A stretch of DNA of 63,726 bases, filler included, from Aduncisulcus paluster (lineage: Eukaryota), in the NCBI GenBank assembly GCA_024181965.1. It is 16 parts of 16 records of this genome, joined end to end, with 100 filler letters (N's around TTAATTAATTAA, not from the genome) between each part and the next. Parts side by side here need not be neighbours in the genome. Positions count along the whole stretch, not along the records: positions 8,216 to 15,670 come from BQXS01000473.1; positions 15,771 to 17,110 come from BQXS01000474.1; positions 17,211 to 18,335 come from BQXS01000476.1; positions 18,436 to 24,390 come from BQXS01000477.1; 12 more parts are not named here. The stretch is one strand, 5' to 3'. The notes under the pieces were generated by a model. The model was not told where the DNA came from. It made no database searches and worked only from the letters and a program-made list of their open reading frames with translations. Made by a program: the position numbers and the translations under genes. Shown here piece by piece: positions 11,662 through 23,363 of this stretch (position 1 is the first letter of the stretch; the number at the start of each line of letters is the position of its first letter).

Positions 11662-12399
11662 TTATATTCTTTTTGCAACAATTGCATAAACAGGGAATAT
11701 ACCTTTTTCTGCTGCCATAACTCCCTCATCTCTGCGGAATATATGTACTTTAAATCCGAATTCTTGCAATAACAGCACCATGTCACTCATTGTTCGGATA
11801 ACTAAGCCAATATCATCACAAAGGACTGGATAAGCATCGTCATCTGGAACTATTCCCTTCCCAGCGGAATAAGAGTCCTCAATAAAATTATCTTTGATCA
11901 CAAGGAGCCCATTGGGCTCAAGATAACCATGAATATTCTTCAATATTACTGATAATTCACGATCAAGGATGTGGGAGAAAACCCATTGCGCCCATACAAC
12001 GCCATATTTAACTGTGGGAATATATTTTTCAATTGAAGAAATGATCCTCTTCTTGATACGTACATGGGGAGATTTTGTGACACTAGCTTTAACTAATGAT
12101 TCATTAGGTTCTACGAGATCAATCTCATCAAAATATAACGAAAGAACATTCTCTGATACCCGACCTTCCCCAGCTCCGACGTCAAGGGCACGTTTTAAGT
12201 GAGTTTTTGAGATTGCATCAGAATCAATCAGCTCTTTTATCAATGAGCATGAAAACATAACATCGGGTTTGGCAAGATGTGTAAGGCCACCAAGTGTAGT
12301 ATCAACAGTTGGAGAACTGGTATCATAATATTTCTTAACGCTAGCATAAAATGCTTCTCGATCATCTTTCTCTTGCAACCATAGTTTTGAATCGCTCAT
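11662..12399 (-). CDS. NTMT1: Alpha-N-terminal protein methyltransferase (NTM1/Tae1 family)
   Basis: YY...PTVDTTLGG, RALDVGAGEGRV, FDEIDLVEP, YGVVWAQWVFSH, NGLLVIKDN, FPVYAI. Confidence 0.9.
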   Translation of the reverse strand: MSDSKLWLQEKDDREAFYASVKKYYDTSSPTVDTTLGGLTHLAKPDVMFSCSLIKELIDSDAISKTHLKRALDVGAGEGRVSENVLSLYFDEIDLVEPNESLVKASVTKSPHVRIKKRIISSIEKYIPTVKYGVVWAQWVFSHILDRELSVILKNIHGYLEPNGLLVIKDNFIEDSYSAGKGIVPDDDAYPVLCDDIGLVIRTMSDMVLLLQEFGFKVHIFRRDEGVMAAEKGIFPVYAIVAKRI

Positions 12400-12639
12400 T
12401 TACAAATAGTGGTTATCTAAATTTCTAAAATTTAAATGAATTAAATCACAAATATTTTTTGGTTTGCCGAGAAAATATGATTCGAGCATTGAAGTGAGAA
12501 AATTAAAAGTTGGATATCTTAAGAATGTGAAAAAGATATTTATTATGAAAAATAGTTCATCAACTTTCAGATCGTTGTCGAAAAATTCCTCAAGCACCAA
12601 TTAGACAAATTTTCCAATTTTGACTCTCTATCAAATTCG

Positions 12640-13059
12640 ATGTCGAGAAAGTTGTTTCTTACCCTTTTTATTCTTTTTATTCTCTGCTTTATTACTTTCG
12701 TTTTTGCGAGGACCCGTGGTGTAAACGTGTACCAATTTCAAAAATTTATCAACAACGCAGACTATGCTCTAGTTGATGTTAGATCCGAACAAGAATACAT
12801 TGGAGGTCATATTCCTGGATCAATTCATGCTGACATGTATGATTCCTCATTTGGTGATATTATTGTGTCTCAGATTCCCAAAGATAAGAAAATTCTTGTC
12901 TATTGTTACAGTGGAGCTCGTAGTGCCAGATCTATGAAATCGATTGAGAAACTTGGTTATTCTGAAGTTATTAATCTCTCTGGTGGTATTCGTGCCTGGT
13001 CCTCTGCTGGGAAGCCAGTTGAAAGAGGATCTAAGAGAATAGAAAGGACCGATCTGTGA
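12640..13059 (+). CDS. Single-domain rhodanese/sulfurtransferase (PspE-like) with signal peptide
   Basis: LVDVRSEQEYIGGHIPGS, active-site loop YCYSGARS, NLSGGIRAW; hydrophobic N-terminus; C-terminal RTDL. Confidence 0.9.
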   Translation: MSRKLFLTLFILFILCFITFVFARTRGVNVYQFQKFINNADYALVDVRSEQEYIGGHIPGSIHADMYDSSFGDIIVSQIPKDKKILVYCYSGARSARSMKSIEKLGYSEVINLSGGIRAWSSAGKPVERGSKRIERTDL

Positions 13060-13335
13060 TTCTTATCTTCCTGTTCTTACCGATTTCAGAGGATATTTGT
13101 TTAATTGTTGTCCTTAATCCTCATAAATGTATCTGTTGCTGAATTACAAATTCATAGTATGAAGAAACCCTTGTCTACTTGTTATTTGAAAACTTAAACA
13201 CACATCAATCATATCATAATAAGCGCTGTGAAGTAGTCCCATGCAATAAATTTAGGTTCCGATACTCCTTAAATGTTATGACAGAAGACAATCTTTCGTC
13301 AGATCAGAAATCACTTGTTTCTCTGCAATATTAAC

Positions 13336-13632
13336 ATGGCATTCAATCAAAATCCCCTGGCCTCAACATTAAAACTGCTTGGAATATGTTTAGCAGCTTT
13401 ATTCACAATAATATTTTTTGGAAACCGATATTTAATTATCTTGGTCATTTTAATAATTGCTGGAACATTAATATTTTTCCCAGATAGTAGTGGTGCCAAA
13501 CAACTTAAAAAATACTATAAAGACCTTAAGAAACTTATTCAACGATCTAAGAAAGAAGTCAATTCATCATCAGGACAACAAGCCATATCTGACGCGGTTG
13601 ATGAAATCAAATGGATGGTCAAGTATAAATAA
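13336..13632 (+). CDS. Small hypothetical membrane protein (2 TM)
   Basis: 98-aa ORF from ATG 13336 with two hydrophobic stretches and a basic helical tail, flanked by AT-rich DNA. Confidence 0.5.
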   Translation: MAFNQNPLASTLKLLGICLAALFTIIFFGNRYLIILVILIIAGTLIFFPDSSGAKQLKKYYKDLKKLIQRSKKEVNSSSGQQAISDAVDEIKWMVKYK

Positions 13633-13908
13633 AATAAATTTCACTGATAATTGTCATTTTTTTCATGATAACAAAATTTTTCAAAAAATCAATCCCTTTT
13701 CCTTTCGTTGGGAAGTTTATTGGATGGGTTCTATCTTAACTGGATACTCGTTCTATGCTACTTCTCAATAATGTCCTTTTCATGAAAGATAACCTCATTC
13801 TTTGTGTTTCTATACAGCAGTTTGACAAGAGTGGGATTCCGATTGAATTATATCAATTATTTTTAAATTAAGCAACATTATTTCATTTTATTTTACTGAA
13901 TGTACACC

Positions 13909-15670
13909 TTAAAGAAATACAACACATTTAATGCCATGTCTGCGGATTGTTTTTAAAATAAGCTGTTTTCCGACTTGAGAAATACTATTTTCTTTTAATA
14001 CTAACTTTTCCAATGTCTCCAAATGTAATAAGATCGAACATATTTCCTTAACTCCCTCATCTCGAATGACATTTCGACTCAGATCGATCTCTTGGAAAGA
14101 ACAGGCGGAAATTCCCTTTAATGCCGCTGAAATGTGTTTTGGCTTTATAAAATTGTGTGAAAGGTTGAGATGTCTAATGTTTTTACATCCTAATAAGTGT
14201 ACAACGTGTTCTTTCAAGTCACAACTCGACACATCCAATGTTCTGATACAAGGAAGTTTAGATATACATTTGCTCAACAACTGAATATCACGGCACCCGA
14301 GTGGATTTCCTTTCAGAGAGAGAGACGATAACTGGGTGAAATTGGATAAATATTCACACAATGACTTAACGTGCCTTTCAGAAATCTCATTACCACCCAA
14401 GAACAAAGAATAAACCTTATTGCAATATGACGACATGGCCTTCACGACTTTCACAACATTGGAATCAAGTCTATTTCCCTCTAAATTGAAGGAAGTAAGC
14501 ACAGGGGAGTGTTCCAAGAGCTTAACGAGAGCGTTACCGGTTGCTTCGTCTCTACCGGCCCGGTTATAACTCAGATCAAGTGTGTGCAAGGTCTTCACAT
14601 TCTTGAGAGATGCACAAATGACCTGGACACCTTTCCTGCCGAGCTGGTTATTAGAGAGGCTCAGTGATTCAAGTAGAGGTAAAGTGGAGAGGAATTTACA
14701 CACGCTCTTCACTCGTCCGAGTCCAATGTTACATCCACTGAGATCGACTTCATCGATCGATTCAACTCCCTCGGATCTTACACGTTCAATTAGTTTAAGA
14801 ACTTTGACCCTTTCGATACCACTCAAGGAAGCAGAGAGGAGATAACTCAGAGGAGAAGACGAAGAAGTCTGAGATAAGCTGGAAGATGATGCATTGGCCC
14901 CATCATAGCCACCCATGGACACTCCTCCACTCATCATTGAGCTAGACATGGGAGACAGAGAGGGAGATGTTCCACGTTGACCGTATTTGCCAAGGACACC
15001 ACCAGAGCCAGGAGGAGATAACATAGAAGAGTATCCAGATGAATTCAGGTGTTGTTTCTTACCACTAGATCCGACAGCAGAGAGAGATTGAGAGAGGGGA
15101 ACAGTGGATGAACTGATATGACCATGTCCAGACCTTCCCAGGGCCAGGGTAGTCGAACGCATGGGGGATGGAAGAGAGGAGGAGAAGGAAGTGGGAATAG
15201 AGGAAGAGGAGGAGGGACGAGGGTGAATAGGGGAAGACGGGGAGAAAGCAGAGGAGGACTTGTGGGGAGCAGGTGGGGATATTCCCAAAATAGGTTGAGA
15301 AACAATACGGAGCTCATTTTTCAATTCAAGAACCTGGTTCAAGAGGTCCTTTCGTTCAGAAATCCATGATTGTTTCTCTTCTTCCAATTGGGCAATGCGA
15401 CCTCTAAGGAGATCAATTTGGCGTTTACAAGCTTTCAAAGAGTATGATTTAGCACTTTTCGACATCCTTTTGGCCATATCTTCATCCAAATCCCTCTCTT
15501 TATCAACCAATTTACCGTAATCCATCTTCACAAAGGCGGGCTTATCGTCTTTCTTCTTCTCTTTTGCTTTGATTGGGGTTCTACGTTCTGTTTGAATAAA
15601 AGAAGTTACGTCAGGCTTAGTGGATTCTTTCTCCTTCTTGGCTTCTTCTTCTTCTTTTTTCTTACGCTCT
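13909..15670 (-). CDS. Coiled-coil, Ser-rich linker and ribonuclease-inhibitor-type LRR protein (5' truncated)
   Basis: About 28-aa LRRs (LESLSLSNNQLG, LHTLDLSYNRAG, LSSLSLKGNPLG, IDLSRNVIRDEG). The frame stays open upstream of 15531 to the contig edge. Confidence 0.85.
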
Positions 15671-15770
15671 NNNNNNNNNNNNNNNNNNNNNNNNNNNNNN
15701 NNNNNNNNNNNNNNTTAATTAATTAANNNNNNNNNNNNNNNNNNNNNNNNNNNNNNNNNNNNNNNNNNNN

Positions 15771-15806
15771 GATGTGAGTTCATCCTCATTATCGTGTGTG
15801 CTCATC

Positions 15807-15843
<37 letters not shown>

Positions 15844-17110
15844 TAACTGCATCCTTGTATGCTGTATGCTCTAGTCTCTCGGGTACCAACAAGAAGTGCA
15901 TTGGAATAGGCTCTGATGCGTCTGTTGATGGAATATCCATTGTGTGTTCTGACGGATGGTATGGTGACGATTGTCTGTCCGAATGTCCTGTTGATGAGTA
16001 TGGGTATGAATGTGGGAATTATGATGGAACCGATACTTGTGACTCTGAAACACACACATGTACCTGCTCTTCATCTTCATCGTCACCTCTCATGACTGGT
16101 GACCTGTGTGAGATTGAGAGTGGAGTGACACTACTGTCTTCCCTTGGGATGGATGTTGCCCTCGTTGAAGCTATCTGTGAGTCCATATATGTTGATGATG
16201 CAGATGTTCAATCGTTATGTTCTTCTGATGAAAACATTCTCTCCTCGTTGACTGTGGATGATCTCTCCACCATCACATCTCTCACCATCCCAACAACTGT
16301 ATCTTCTCTATCAGGGCTTGAATATGCCGATCACCTTGAAATCCTTTCGTTTACACCAGGGAATACTCTCATCTCCGATCTATCACCCATAGCATCCTTA
16401 TCCTCGTTGTATGTGCTTGAGCTTGATTCACTTGAAAACATGGATGTATCACTTCTGAGCACATTGACGGATGCTGTTGGTGCTCTGAAGATGGATCTTG
16501 AGTCTGACACTTCACGATGGAATGGAACGTCTGAATCGTACTGTGTCGGTTTGTGCTCGTTGCATTCCTTGGAGATCAGCGGGAATGATGATTCCATTGG
16601 TTCTGACCTGTCATCGTTTTCTTCTTTGCTGAACAACATTGCCATGTGCAGTGGTCAGTGTGTCGACAGTTATGATGATGGAACGAAAGTGTATCCATTG
16701 TCATCCACTCTGACACATCTTGATCTGTCCTCCAATGGCATCTCTGACCCTACCATCGTTTCACTCCAACCTGGTCTCTCTGGTGTGACACATCTGACTC
16801 TGAGTGACAACTCCATCTCTGACCTTGTTCTGTTGCAACAAGCTATTGATGGTCTTGAGAATGTCGCATATGTTGATGTGAGTGACAATAGACTTGATTG
16901 TGGGTCGACTGTGTCTGAGTGTTTCGCAACCCTTAATAACCTTTGTGACCGTGATCTTTATGACACTAGTTCCTTTAGTGCTGTCGATTTCGGTAGTGAT
17001 GATGTTTTTGGGCCTGTCTCCCAGGATACAACTTCTGCATGTGGATCTGACTCTTCCTCTTCCTCTTCTTCTGATTCGTGCTCATATCTGGAAGATCATC
17101 GTGTGTGTGG
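15771..17110 (+). CDS. Fragment of an LRR plus Cys-rich/EGF-like surface-type protein; allele or paralog of the 54110-62233 gene
   Basis: 15771-16220 is nearly identical to 61809-62233. EGF-like CSDGWYGDDCLSECP...C..CTC...TGDLC, followed by internalin-like LRRs. Open at both contig edges. Confidence 0.88.
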
Positions 17111-17210
17111 NNNNNNNNNNNNNNNNNNNNNNNNNNNNNNNNNNNNNNNNNNNNTTAATTAATTAANNNNNNNNNNNNNNNNNNNNNNNNNNNNNNNNNN
17201 NNNNNNNNNN

Positions 17211-18335
17211 AAAAACAGGATTGACAATAGTGGGGTCATCTCGAGGGATTGGAATACAAGAAAAATCTCCTTCTTGAACAAACTGAGGTTCTCTGAATAA
17301 AAAGTAACTTTCAAGAAATATCAGAGAAACAATCTTAAAATATCGATTCTTGATTTCATTCTGCGAAGCAATTCCTTTCCCTTGAATTTCACACAATACA
17401 ACAGTTGACAAATCGATATCAAGGAAGTACCATTCACAATCCAATTTGGGTTTTGAGAATTTATACTTCTTAAACGTCTTCATACCATCAGAATTGGTGA
17501 AAGTGAAAAAGAGCTGAAGTAAACAATGGCCTTTGTCCACACAGATATAAGCCCCTTTCATAGAACCAGCTGACGGAAAACGAATAGAAAGATGGGATAA
17601 GATAACATCACCTTTTCCTTCTAACATTTTTTGAGCATTTGAACTCTGATCATAATACCTTGATTCGGGACTTTTTGAATCATCTTTTCCTTTGACAATT
17701 GAAGGAACAATAACTGCCGAATCATCACGAGGAATCGGAACAAAAGTGGCGTTTCCAGGCTTTATGAACTCTGGTGTGATTGTAGGCTATATTATATATA
17801 TAATTGAACGAATAAAATAAATTAAAATGATGAAACAAAGGTAAACAATCAAAACTCAATAAAATTAATAAATAAAGTAATAAATAAAAACAATTAACAT
17901 ACAGTATCAGCCCAGCGATTCTCATGGAGTTGAAGAGAAGAAAGTGCCTCAAATACTTCTTTTCGGACGAAAACGAGGGAATTAACTTCAAACACTCGAC
18001 TGTTTTTCTCTTTCCACTTTCCTTTCCCTTGTATTTCACATAACACAACATTGTCCAAATCAATATCAAGAGAACAACATTCGTATTCATGTTTAGGCCT
18101 TGTGAATTCATACTTCTTGGATGTCTTTGTTCCATCAGAAAGTGTGAAAGTGAAGAGAAGAAGAGATGAACTTTCATCCCTATTCACACAGATATAAGCA
18201 CCCTTTATAGAGCAAAGGGATGGAAAAGGGATGGAAAGATGGGATAATTTAACATTCCCTTCCCCTTTTAGCATTCTTTTTGCATTTGAACTTTGATCAT
18301 AATCCTCAGATTCCTTCCTTTTTGAAGCATCCTTT
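17211..18335 (-). CDS. Lineage-expanded repeat-domain protein (SHLSIPF...GAYICV...FTxSDG.K..KKYEF...IDLDNVVLCEI), at least 3 tandem domains; exons 18335-17903 and 17786-17211
   Basis: The two track ORFs (17894-18274 and 17163-17627) are homologous domains joined in frame by a phase-0 GTATGT...ATAG intron. A third domain begins at EPQFVQEGDFSCIPIPRDDP. Truncated at both ends. Confidence 0.85.
17787..17902 (-). other. Spliceosomal intron (116 nt)
   Basis: Minus strand ...GAT ACT|GTATGTTAA...ATAATATAG|CCT ACA...; AT-rich and frame-restoring. Confidence 0.85.
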
Positions 18336-18435
18336 NNNNNNNNNNNNNNNNNNNNNNNNNNNNNNNNNNNNNNNNNNNNTTAATTAATTAANNNNNNNNN
18401 NNNNNNNNNNNNNNNNNNNNNNNNNNNNNNNNNNN

Positions 18436-20624
18436 ACGCATAACTGTCTGGAAATACTTGCTCAAAGAATTATCTCTATATTTACGATCGTTTTGAGAAG
18501 ATTCATCATCAAGAGAGATTGAAAGAATAAAGAAACGCTCATTGTCGACCCAACCTCCATCAAAAACATATCTGCCAGTGTATAACGGAGGGATAATATC
18601 AAAAGGATAGATATTGGGCCGAATCTTAAACTTACCAGCTTCAAGAGAGAAAACAAATGCATTGGAATAGATGAAAGTCCCAACAATAATTGACTTAGAA
18701 TCTGGAGAGAATCGAGATACCTGAATTGGTGGAACATTCTGCTTCGTTGTTTGTTCTTTCTTCCCTTTCCCCTTTTTGCTCTTTTTTGCTCTATCAAAGG
18801 AATCATAAAGATCAAGACGTTGGTGAACATGGCAGGGTGAGAAAGGTGCCAACAGATCTCTAGTTGGTGGAGATTTGAACGGAACATCCTGGCCAAGATC
18901 CCCAGACACAAATGAACAAACAAGCCCATCTTCACAACGCTTTCTAAGATCATCTCTGAAACGAGTTTCATATCCCTCTTTAACTTTCGTATGGAAAACC
19001 TTCCTCTTCTTAATTACTGATAATATACTGATGACATTCACAGTCCCATTATCTTCACCCACGGCAATGAATTTACAGTCATCAGAAATATCGCAAGTTC
19101 GAATCTGAGAAGAGGACTCATATTTCATCAGAAGGGACCACTCATGGAAAATAACCTGTTTGATGGTTGAAGACTTTTTCTTTGGTTCTTCTTCTTTCTT
19201 TGGTTCTTCTTCTCCCTTTTCTCCTTCTTCATCTTTCGCTTCCTCTTCCTCCTCTTCCTCCTCTTCCTCTTCCTCTTCATATTGGTAATATGGTTCACGA
19301 ATAAATACAAATAATATATTAGTGTTAGTATCAGAGGCACACAAAATATGACATTTATCATCTCCAAACAAAACTTCTTGACAAACCAAATATTTCCATT
19401 TCCCAAGCAAATCAGTAATCAAGCTGACTTCTTTCCCCGTATCAATCGAATACACAGCAAGAGAACCAAGTGGATTATAGCCAATGATAAAGTTGGAATT
19501 GTCCATGAAGGTCATGTCACCAATATCCATATCGAGATCAGCGACAGAAAGACTATGACGAACAATTGGTCTAGAACCACCTTGAACAACCTGACCATGG
19601 AAAGGAGGTTCTGGGAATGAATCAATGTCATCTTTTTCTTTGTGATCAGACTCTTTATCTCCATCTTCTAGTTCTTCCGTAGATTCTTTTTCTTTCTCAC
19701 ATTCTTTTTTTGTTTCATCAGGATAACCATCTTTGGTGTTGAAGACTTTTTCTTTGGTTCTTCTTCTTTCTTTGGTTCTTCTTCTCCCTTTTCTCCTTCT
19801 TCATCTTTCGCTTCCTCTTCCTCCTCTTCCTCCTCTTCCTCTTCCTCTTCATATTGGTAATATGGTTCACGAATAAATACAAATAATATATTAGTGTTAG
19901 TATCAGAGGCACACAAAATATGACATTTATCATCTCCAAACAAAACTTCTTGACAAACCAAATATTTCCATTTCCCAAGCAAATCAGTAATCAAGCTGAC
20001 TTCTTTCCCCGTATCAATCGAATACACAGCAAGAGAACCAAGTGGATTATAGCCAATGATAAAGTTGGAATTGTCCATGAAGGTCATGTCACCAATATCC
20101 ATATCGAGATCAGCGACAGAAAGACTATGACGAACAATTGGTCTAGAACCACCTTGAACAACCTGACCATGGAAAGGAGGTTCTGGGAATGAATCAATGT
20201 CATCTTTTTCTTTGTGATCAGACTCTTTATCTCCATCTTCTAGTTCTTCCGTAGATTCTTTTTCTTTCTCACATTCTTTTTTTGTTTCATCAGGATAACC
20301 ATCTTTGGTTAAATGTTTGGGGATTTTTTGGAGAGTTTCCACTAAAACTTTAACATTGCCGAATTGATCAACTGATTCGATCACACCGTATTTTTGGGTC
20401 AAATCTTTCCTCCAAGGTTCTTTTTCAATATCCTTACCACTACTATTTGAATGACGAACCAAACAACCCTCTCTAAAACGAGGTAAAATAGGCTTAAGCC
20501 GATTTCTAGGACCAGTCAAGTGGAAAATGGCTGGTGGACCGTGCAATGACCAAATTAATGCGTTAGTTCCGCTTTTCCCAGCCTTAATCAGAGGGAATCT
20601 TGGATATGAAATTATCGGTTTCAT
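18436..20624 (-). CDS. WD40/beta-propeller-like protein with acidic insertion, interrupted by a 572-bp tandem duplication, 3' truncated
   Basis: Blade-like segments IRTCDISDDCKFIAVGEDNGTVNVIS and IQVSRFSPDSKSIIVGT. 19166-19737 repeats as 19738-20309 and shifts the frame. A possible extra first exon MNLYDSILK lies at 20723-20697, with a GTAATA...TTAG intron at 20696-20625. Confidence 0.65.
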
Positions 20625-20934
20625 CTAATGATAACAAAACAATTTGGATTTATTCTTTGTTGACAGTAATAGATATAATTTATAGAATATTATTACTTTT
20701 AAAATACTATCATAAAGATTCATTTTTAAGCCATTATTGCAATTCTAAGATATGCATTCCAAGATTTAGTGAGTCCAGCATTTTGGTGTCTTTTGGAGAT
20801 ATGATAATTATTAAGAATGCCGCAATATGTTATTAGCTCAGACAAAACATTTGTATTGCTGTAATTAACTCCAATTAGTTTCTTGTTGTTTCTTTGTCCA
20901 AACAAATTTTTGTTTATTGTGTGCAGCCTATGAA

Positions 20935-21657
20935 TTATTGTAGGAAATTTAAAATATAAGACAATATAGCAAGTTGTTGATCAAGAGATGAGATTGTAGC
21001 CACTCCATCTCCTTTCTGAGGCCCATACCAGCCAAATTGTGCATGGTTTCCACCATTTATCTCGTGAATAATTGTATTATTGGGTAAATTACAAAAAGAT
21101 TCATCGAATTTTGTCTGATTGATAACGGAGTCATACTCAGCTTGAATAACCATTACGTTTTTGTCTGTTAGATCAACTGTTGAATAACTCGCCATTAAGA
21201 TAACTCCATTCACCAAATCATTTCCGACTGCAACCATACTTCCCACTACACCACCAAGTGAATGTCCAATGACTATGTTTTCATAATTCTCTTTCAAGAA
21301 TTTTTTTGCATAACCTGGTTTTAATATCGCAAGATTATATGGCGCTTTCCATATTGTAACATCATATCCCATCAAAGCAATTCTGTTTGCAAGATATTCA
21401 TATGAATTAGCAGCAACCAATCCACCTGGAATGATAATCACATTTTTGCGGACTATTCCCGCTTTATAATAATAATTTATGCTATCTTTCCCTTCAAAGC
21501 GTTCAATATTTACATTATATTCCGTATCTATTGCACTATACATTTCTGGTAAAGCTCCAGCCGATCTGAGGGAATAAACGTTCAGACTCACAAATACAAT
21601 TACGAATATTATTGAAATACTTATCATCAACCATTTGACCAACTTTTTACAAATCAT
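20935..21657 (-). CDS. Bacterial-type alpha/beta hydrolase (Abhydrolase_5-like carboxylesterase) with N-terminal membrane anchor
   Basis: IIIPGGLV...YEYLA, nucleophile elbow GHSLGG, ILMASY, and HEINGGNHAQFGWYGPQKGDG, typical of this bacterial family. Confidence 0.9.
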   Translation of the reverse strand: MICKKLVKWLMISISIIFVIVFVSLNVYSLRSAGALPEMYSAIDTEYNVNIERFEGKDSINYYYKAGIVRKNVIIIPGGLVAANSYEYLANRIALMGYDVTIWKAPYNLAILKPGYAKKFLKENYENIVIGHSLGGVVGSMVAVGNDLVNGVILMASYSTVDLTDKNVMVIQAEYDSVINQTKFDESFCNLPNNTIIHEINGGNHAQFGWYGPQKGDGVATISSLDQQLAILSYILNFLQ

Positions 21658-21773
21658 TGTTGCTCAAAAGCAATTTTTCATTCTCTCTATTTTTTTTTCT
21701 GTTTTTTTCTCTGAATTAACAAAGAATCACCAATTGTTTTTTTTATAATATCGAATTATTCTGATTATTAAAA

Positions 21774-22817
21774 ATGATTTGTTGTGTTATTGGATCATAC
21801 AATCGTGACATCATGTATATTTCTGCTTCTCTGCCTCTCCGTGGTCAAACTATTTTAGGTAGATTAGAAGAAGGGCATGGAGGAAAAGGAAATAACCAAG
21901 CAATCGCTTGTGTTAAATCTCATGTTCCTACACGTTTCTGTTGTGCACTTGGTGAAGATGCTCATGGAAAAGAGGCTCAAATGCATTTTGATTCGTATTC
22001 CATCGATTCTTCACATGTTATCTCGATCCCAGATAAAAAAACTGGATCTGCTGGAATTTTTGTTGGGGAAAAAGATGGTGCGAACTCTATTATTGTAGCT
22101 GCCGCTGCAAATATGTGTTTAGAACCAAAACATGCAATTAAATCCATTGATAAAGCTGTAAAAACAGTTGTTATGCAGTTTGAAATCGATTTGACTACCG
22201 TTTTGGCAGTTGGAAATTCCATTCGTGAAATGACAACCCCCCCGATTTTTATCATCAATCCTGCACCAATTCCAACTTCTCATCCTTTAAAAATTTATGA
22301 ATGTATTTCAAAATGTGATATTTGTACACCAAATGAGACAGAATTTATTGATCTTCTTCATATCATACGTGATATGTCTTCTTCAGAAACAAAGGACTCT
22401 ATTTCAGAGTTATCTTCAATTCCTGACGCCTCTCTCTTATCCAGTTTATCTGATGAGGAACTCATTAAATTATGTCGCTTTATGCCTTGCCCATGTGTAA
22501 TAATTACGATGGGTGGAGCCGGATGTTTCATTTATCTTGCCGATTCAACAGAATGTGTCACGGTCCCTGCAATTGATGTGAAGCCTATTGATACAACAGG
22601 AGCAGGAGATGCTTTTACTGGAGCTTTTGCTGCTTTTTGTACAGCATTTTGTGAGAAACACGGAGAGGTATCCATTAGATCACCGGAAAAGAAACCATTT
22701 GTTCTTGAAATGTTGAAAGGAGCTTGTCGATTTGGTTGTATTGTTGCCGGGAAAAGTACAGAATCGGTAGGAACATCTTCTGCAATCCCAACAATCGATG
22801 TTCATGAATATTTATAG
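21774..22817 (+). CDS. rbsK: Ribokinase (PfkB family)
   Basis: VIGSYNRD, GGKGNNQAIA, GANSIIVAAAAN, INPAP, TPNETE, ITMGGAG, DTTGAGDAFTGA. Confidence 0.93.
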   Translation: MICCVIGSYNRDIMYISASLPLRGQTILGRLEEGHGGKGNNQAIACVKSHVPTRFCCALGEDAHGKEAQMHFDSYSIDSSHVISIPDKKTGSAGIFVGEKDGANSIIVAAAANMCLEPKHAIKSIDKAVKTVVMQFEIDLTTVLAVGNSIREMTTPPIFIINPAPIPTSHPLKIYECISKCDICTPNETEFIDLLHIIRDMSSSETKDSISELSSIPDASLLSSLSDEELIKLCRFMPCPCVIITMGGAGCFIYLADSTECVTVPAIDVKPIDTTGAGDAFTGAFAAFCTAFCEKHGEVSIRSPEKKPFVLEMLKGACRFGCIVAGKSTESVGTSSAIPTIDVHEYL

Positions 22818-23363
22818 AGTCTAAAATATAGACGTTTATTTTTAAGAAATTTTTTTTCAAGTCTTCAAAGAATTTCTTTGAAAGAAGAAAACATGCTGAA
22901 ATTACATTTACTAACCACAAACGTAGATGAAGTAAATTTTAAAAATTNNNNNNNNNNNNNNNNNNNNCACCGGAAAAGAAAACATTTGTTCTTGAAATGT
23001 TGAAAGGAGCTTGTCGATTTGGTTGTATTGTTGCCGGGAAAAGTACAGAATCGGTAGGAACATCTTCTGCAATCCCAACAATCGATGTTCATGAATATTT
23101 ATAGAGTCTAAAATATAGACGTTTATTTTTAAGAAATTTTTTTTCAAGTCTTCAAAGAATTTCTTTGAAAGAAGAAAACATGCTGAAATTACATTTACTA
23201 ACCACAAACGTAGATGAAGTAAATTTTAAAAATTAATGTCCAAATTAGAGAGACATTTTGCCAAAAACACTTCAAAAAATGTTATTATTTTTAAGAAACG
23301 AGTAAGTACGAGTAAGAAACAAAGTGAGTAAATCACGAACATTCACAAATCACAACAACAAGC

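Noticed and set aside
19166-20309. 572-bp tandem duplication in the WD40-like gene
   Set aside because: Identical copies spanning a poly-Glu microsatellite and causing a frameshift; likely an assembly artefact.
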